Shown here in pieces: positions 61,001 through 64,000 of a DNA stretch of 64,000 bases (position 1 is the first letter of the stretch; every line of letters begins with the position of its first letter). Position numbers and translations under genes: made by a program. A model generated the notes under the pieces. It was not told the origin of the DNA. It made no database searches and saw nothing but the letters and a program-made list of their open reading frames with translations. Source of the DNA: Massalongia carnosa (lineage: Eukaryota); assembly GCA_965645245.1 (NCBI GenBank), contig OZ287079.1, positions 1,364,001-1,428,000 on the forward strand, read 5' to 3'.

Positions 61001-61399
61001 CAATACGAGGTGGAGGAGGTACTGAGCAGTCGAATCCGATACGGGAAACTGCAATATCTGGTCAAATGGAAAGGATATCCGGATTCGGACAATCAATGGC
61101 TGTCATTGGAAGACATGGAAGGGTCACAAGACCTAATTAGGATTTATCATCGGACATACCCATCGAACCCGTCGAAAAGCGGGGAAAAGAGAAGAAAGAT
61201 AAGCAAATAGATCTTTTCCCATACCGGGCATGCGAAAAATATAATCTTATCTTATCGACCTAAGACACAGTTAAGTAAACAGCTTTGATTATTGCTAAAA
61301 AGAAAGCTAGCTACCCCTCATGATCCGACACCTGATCCTCACCCTCCGGGACGGTCACGGGAAGCCCCTTTTCCCACCGAAGTAGGGCGTCGGTCTCAA

Positions 61400-61869
61400 A
61401 GGCCTGCCGTCGGATCTGCGCAAGGGCATCTAGTCCCTCCACGCTGTCGGTTTTCAAGGCCTTGGCACGGGCGCGCTCCCAAATGGCCACACGGGCGACA
61501 TATCGCTCATGCTTGGCAGCGAGAGCAGCGACCGGGCCCGATTTGGGGTCGGCAGGTTGTTAATGGCGGTTGCCTCTTACAGCAACCGAAGGACCGTCCG
61601 CCGAAAAGGAACTGGGATCGGGCGACAAACCTCCTTTCGACGAATGCAATCAGCGCACTTCCCCGAGGCTGGTTATCGGTGGTGCAGTTGAAATTAAGTT
61701 CAGGATTGTGTTGGGAACACCGATGGCAGAGAGAAGCCTCCGAGGTGGGGCCGACCCATTTGGGAGGCACCCGCACCGCTGCAGCAAGGGGAGGAAAGTC
61801 GGGCAAATGGACATCGTACGCTCGGGGTGGCCGACGGCGACTGGCGGCGGGGGGTGGTACATCAGACAT
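61400..61869 (-). pseudogene. Antisense Cys6 zinc-finger-like ORF of the inner Gypsy
   Basis: PPKWVGPTSEASLCHRC..C..(1-nt shift)SGKCADCIRRKEVCRPIPVPFR; 3' end approximate. Confidence 0.7.
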
Positions 61870-63679
61870 AATTGGGAAATTGGAGGATTGAACTGATGAA
61901 AAGTAAGTCATGGATTGGGGACTACTGAGGGGAGATAGACAGGCCAAGTGGCTACTTATGCTCGAATTACTGGCATTACGAGGGCATCCGACAACAAAGA
62001 ATATCACCAACAACGAAAAGAAGATATCACGTGAGTCGAAGCCTCCTGCGACATGAGCCCTAGGGGGAGGATAATGTCAGGACCTGCCATAGAGACTACG
62101 GAGAAGGATACGGAAAAGGGGCATCAGCATGGACTCGGCCGCCGAACCCGGCCCGACCCTAATGGGCTGATTCCGCTGTCGGCCACATGCCGTCGAGGGG
62201 GGACGGCTGGCGAGGGGGACGGCTGGAAACCCATGTCGGATGGCACTAACCGCCCAAAGGGGCCGGGAGCCATTTGGACCAATCAGATAGCTGGGGGCTA
62301 TCCGATAAGGGAGTCTTAGGGGGAGACACGTCTGTAGGATAAAGAGGTCGATGCCCACCTTATTCTAAGGGCATAGATCAATAACATACATTATTGAGAC
62401 ACCCCCTTCACGTGACCAACACGCCCTCTGAGTAGAAGCATACGTCTTACACCGTGGCATATGATGCGATTCTTGTCATGGTGGATCGGTATACCAAATA
62501 TTCTCGATATATTCCCGCACGAAAGGACTGGAATGCTGAAATCATGGCTGACGTCCTAGTGGAAGAAATATTTACCAAATTCGGTATGCCAGTGTCTATT
62601 GTCTCGGATAGGGGTAGTTTATTCACCTCAAAGTACTGGTCTCATTTCTGTTATCATTTGAGAATTCGACTCAGTTACAGTACAGCCTTTCATCCACAAA
62701 CGGATGGTCAAACCGAGAGACAAAATCAGACACTGGAACAATATCTACGATGCTACGTCAATTATCAACAGGATGACTGGACTTACTGGTTACCCTTGGC
62801 AGAATTCGCTTATAATAATAGCTTACATAGTGTCATAAAAATGACCCCCTTCGAAGCTATATTTGGAGAAGCGCCCAAATGGGAAGATGAAGTTCTGACT
62901 GAAAAGGGGTCCGAGGTTCCTGCTGCACGCGTCCTGGCTACTGACATAATAGACAAAAGAAAACACCTGGAGAAATTATTACAAACAGCTTCAAGTACCC
63001 AGGCTAAATATTATGATCAGAAACATATTCCCAAGACGTATAATGTGGGTGATAAAGTCCTCCTGAACGCAAAAAATATTAAATCCACTCGTCCGTCCAA
63101 AAAACTGGACTACAAATATTACGGGCCATACGAAATTGTCTCTCCTATAGGAAAACAGGCCTACAAACTCCAACTTTCTCCGTTATTGAAGGGTATTCAT
63201 AATGTGTTCCATGTTTCCCTATTGGAACCTTATAGATATGACCCGAACAAAATATCTGAACCGCCTCTACCTATAGAAGTAGAAGGGGAAGAACAATGGG
63301 AGGTAGAACAGGTGCTGGATAGTAGAATTCACTATGGAAAACTCCAATATCTAGTGAAATGGATGGGATTTTCTGATACGGATAATCAATGGTTATCCGT
63401 AGAAGACATGGAAGGATCACAGGAATTAATTATTTCCTATCATAATCAATATCCGGAAAAACCTTCCAGAACTCCTACGAGGAAGAAAAGAAAATCGAAG
63501 GTATGAACCATTTCCATTGGAGTCGAATGATCCAGGATCAGACTGCTATCTACCACACCACAACCACCTTCTCTCACCCCTTCACCCCCTTTTCAATCCA
63601 CCAAAATATCCTCCCCTGGAGGGGGTCCAACCTCTAATCCGGCCTAAAAGTGTCAAAAAATGATTAAATTAATTCGACA

Positions 63680-64000
63680 CTAGATCTCCACCAAGAGATG
63701 AGCCACCGAGCAGCGGAAATTGACTGGAACCTACCCAAATTAGATCAAATTTTCCATAACAGAGCTCCACCTACCGGAAAACATTTATCCTTCTTCCGGC
63801 GACACTCCCCACACTTCCCCGACTCCTCGGACCACTCACAGGCGACAGGGTCGCCCCCAAGGGTCTGCTTGGCACACCGGAGGCAAACGCTTACCTCCGG
63901 GGTAGGCCCCACCCAAATGGGCGGGTGGAGGAGCGGAAAAGGGGGAGGCAGAGGGGAACCGCCACGAACCGGGGCGGAAACGGGTGGCGCGGCGGGGGAA
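63680..64000 (-). CDS. Antisense Cys6 zinc-finger-like ORF of the outer Gypsy (partial), predicted intron 63731-63774
   Basis: PPIWVGPTPEVSVCLRC..C..SGKCGECRRKKDKCFP|VPVNFR. Confidence 0.7.

Larger units (their letters stand above)
55383..62451 (+). mobile_element. Inner chromoviral Gypsy element (377-bp LTRs at 55383-55759 and 62075-62451); gag 55825-56929 and pol ~56908-61210 with stops/frameshifts
   Basis: TSD CCGTG, PPT AGGGGGAGGA, PR/RT/RH/IN/chromo motifs. Confidence 0.96.
48970..64000 (+). mobile_element. Outer chromoviral Gypsy element (putative 5' LTR 48970-49320; gag 49362-51493; pol ~51481-63506), decayed, four nested insertions, 3' LTR outside the window
   Basis: CWNCGKKG, MIDCGS, YLDD, ETDAS, integrase resuming at 62452, YLVKW chromodomain; LTR limits inferred from TG/CA only. 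Confidence 0.88.

Noticed and set aside
61292..61896. Sense-strand env-like ORF3
   Set aside because: No signal peptide or transmembrane segment; conservation with the outer element is on the minus strand

Overview
Transposon-dense region of a filamentous ascomycete (Pezizomycotina-like) genome. Only about 5 kb (27.9-32.7 kb) is host gene space: SPO7, an ABHD4/5-type (Ict1/Ecm18/Cld1-like) hydrolase and a membrane hypothetical. The rest is nested mobile DNA whose junctions can mostly be resolved by target-site duplications (TSDs): Tad1-like LINEs, three Tc1/mariner elements plus a fragment, a Pogo/Fot1 relic, a near-intact MULE, a degenerate CryptonF tyrosine-recombinase element, hAT-like non-autonomous ends, one intact and two decayed chromoviral Ty3/Gypsy elements, a 571-bp TRIM family, two non-autonomous LTR elements and many solo LTRs. 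Highlights: (1) a LINE insertion carrying, inside one 14-bp TSD, 1.9 kb of foreign sequence with four copies of an unrecognised T-loop RNA motif (candidate captured viral or other RNA); (2) a conserved antisense Cys6 zinc-finger gene in two Gypsy elements, with an intron in only one; (3) Tf1-type self-priming signals in four LTR families, two of them non-autonomous; (4) a shared G_GGA_AAA -1 frameshift signal in three Gypsy families. All calls were made by eye; no database searches were run.
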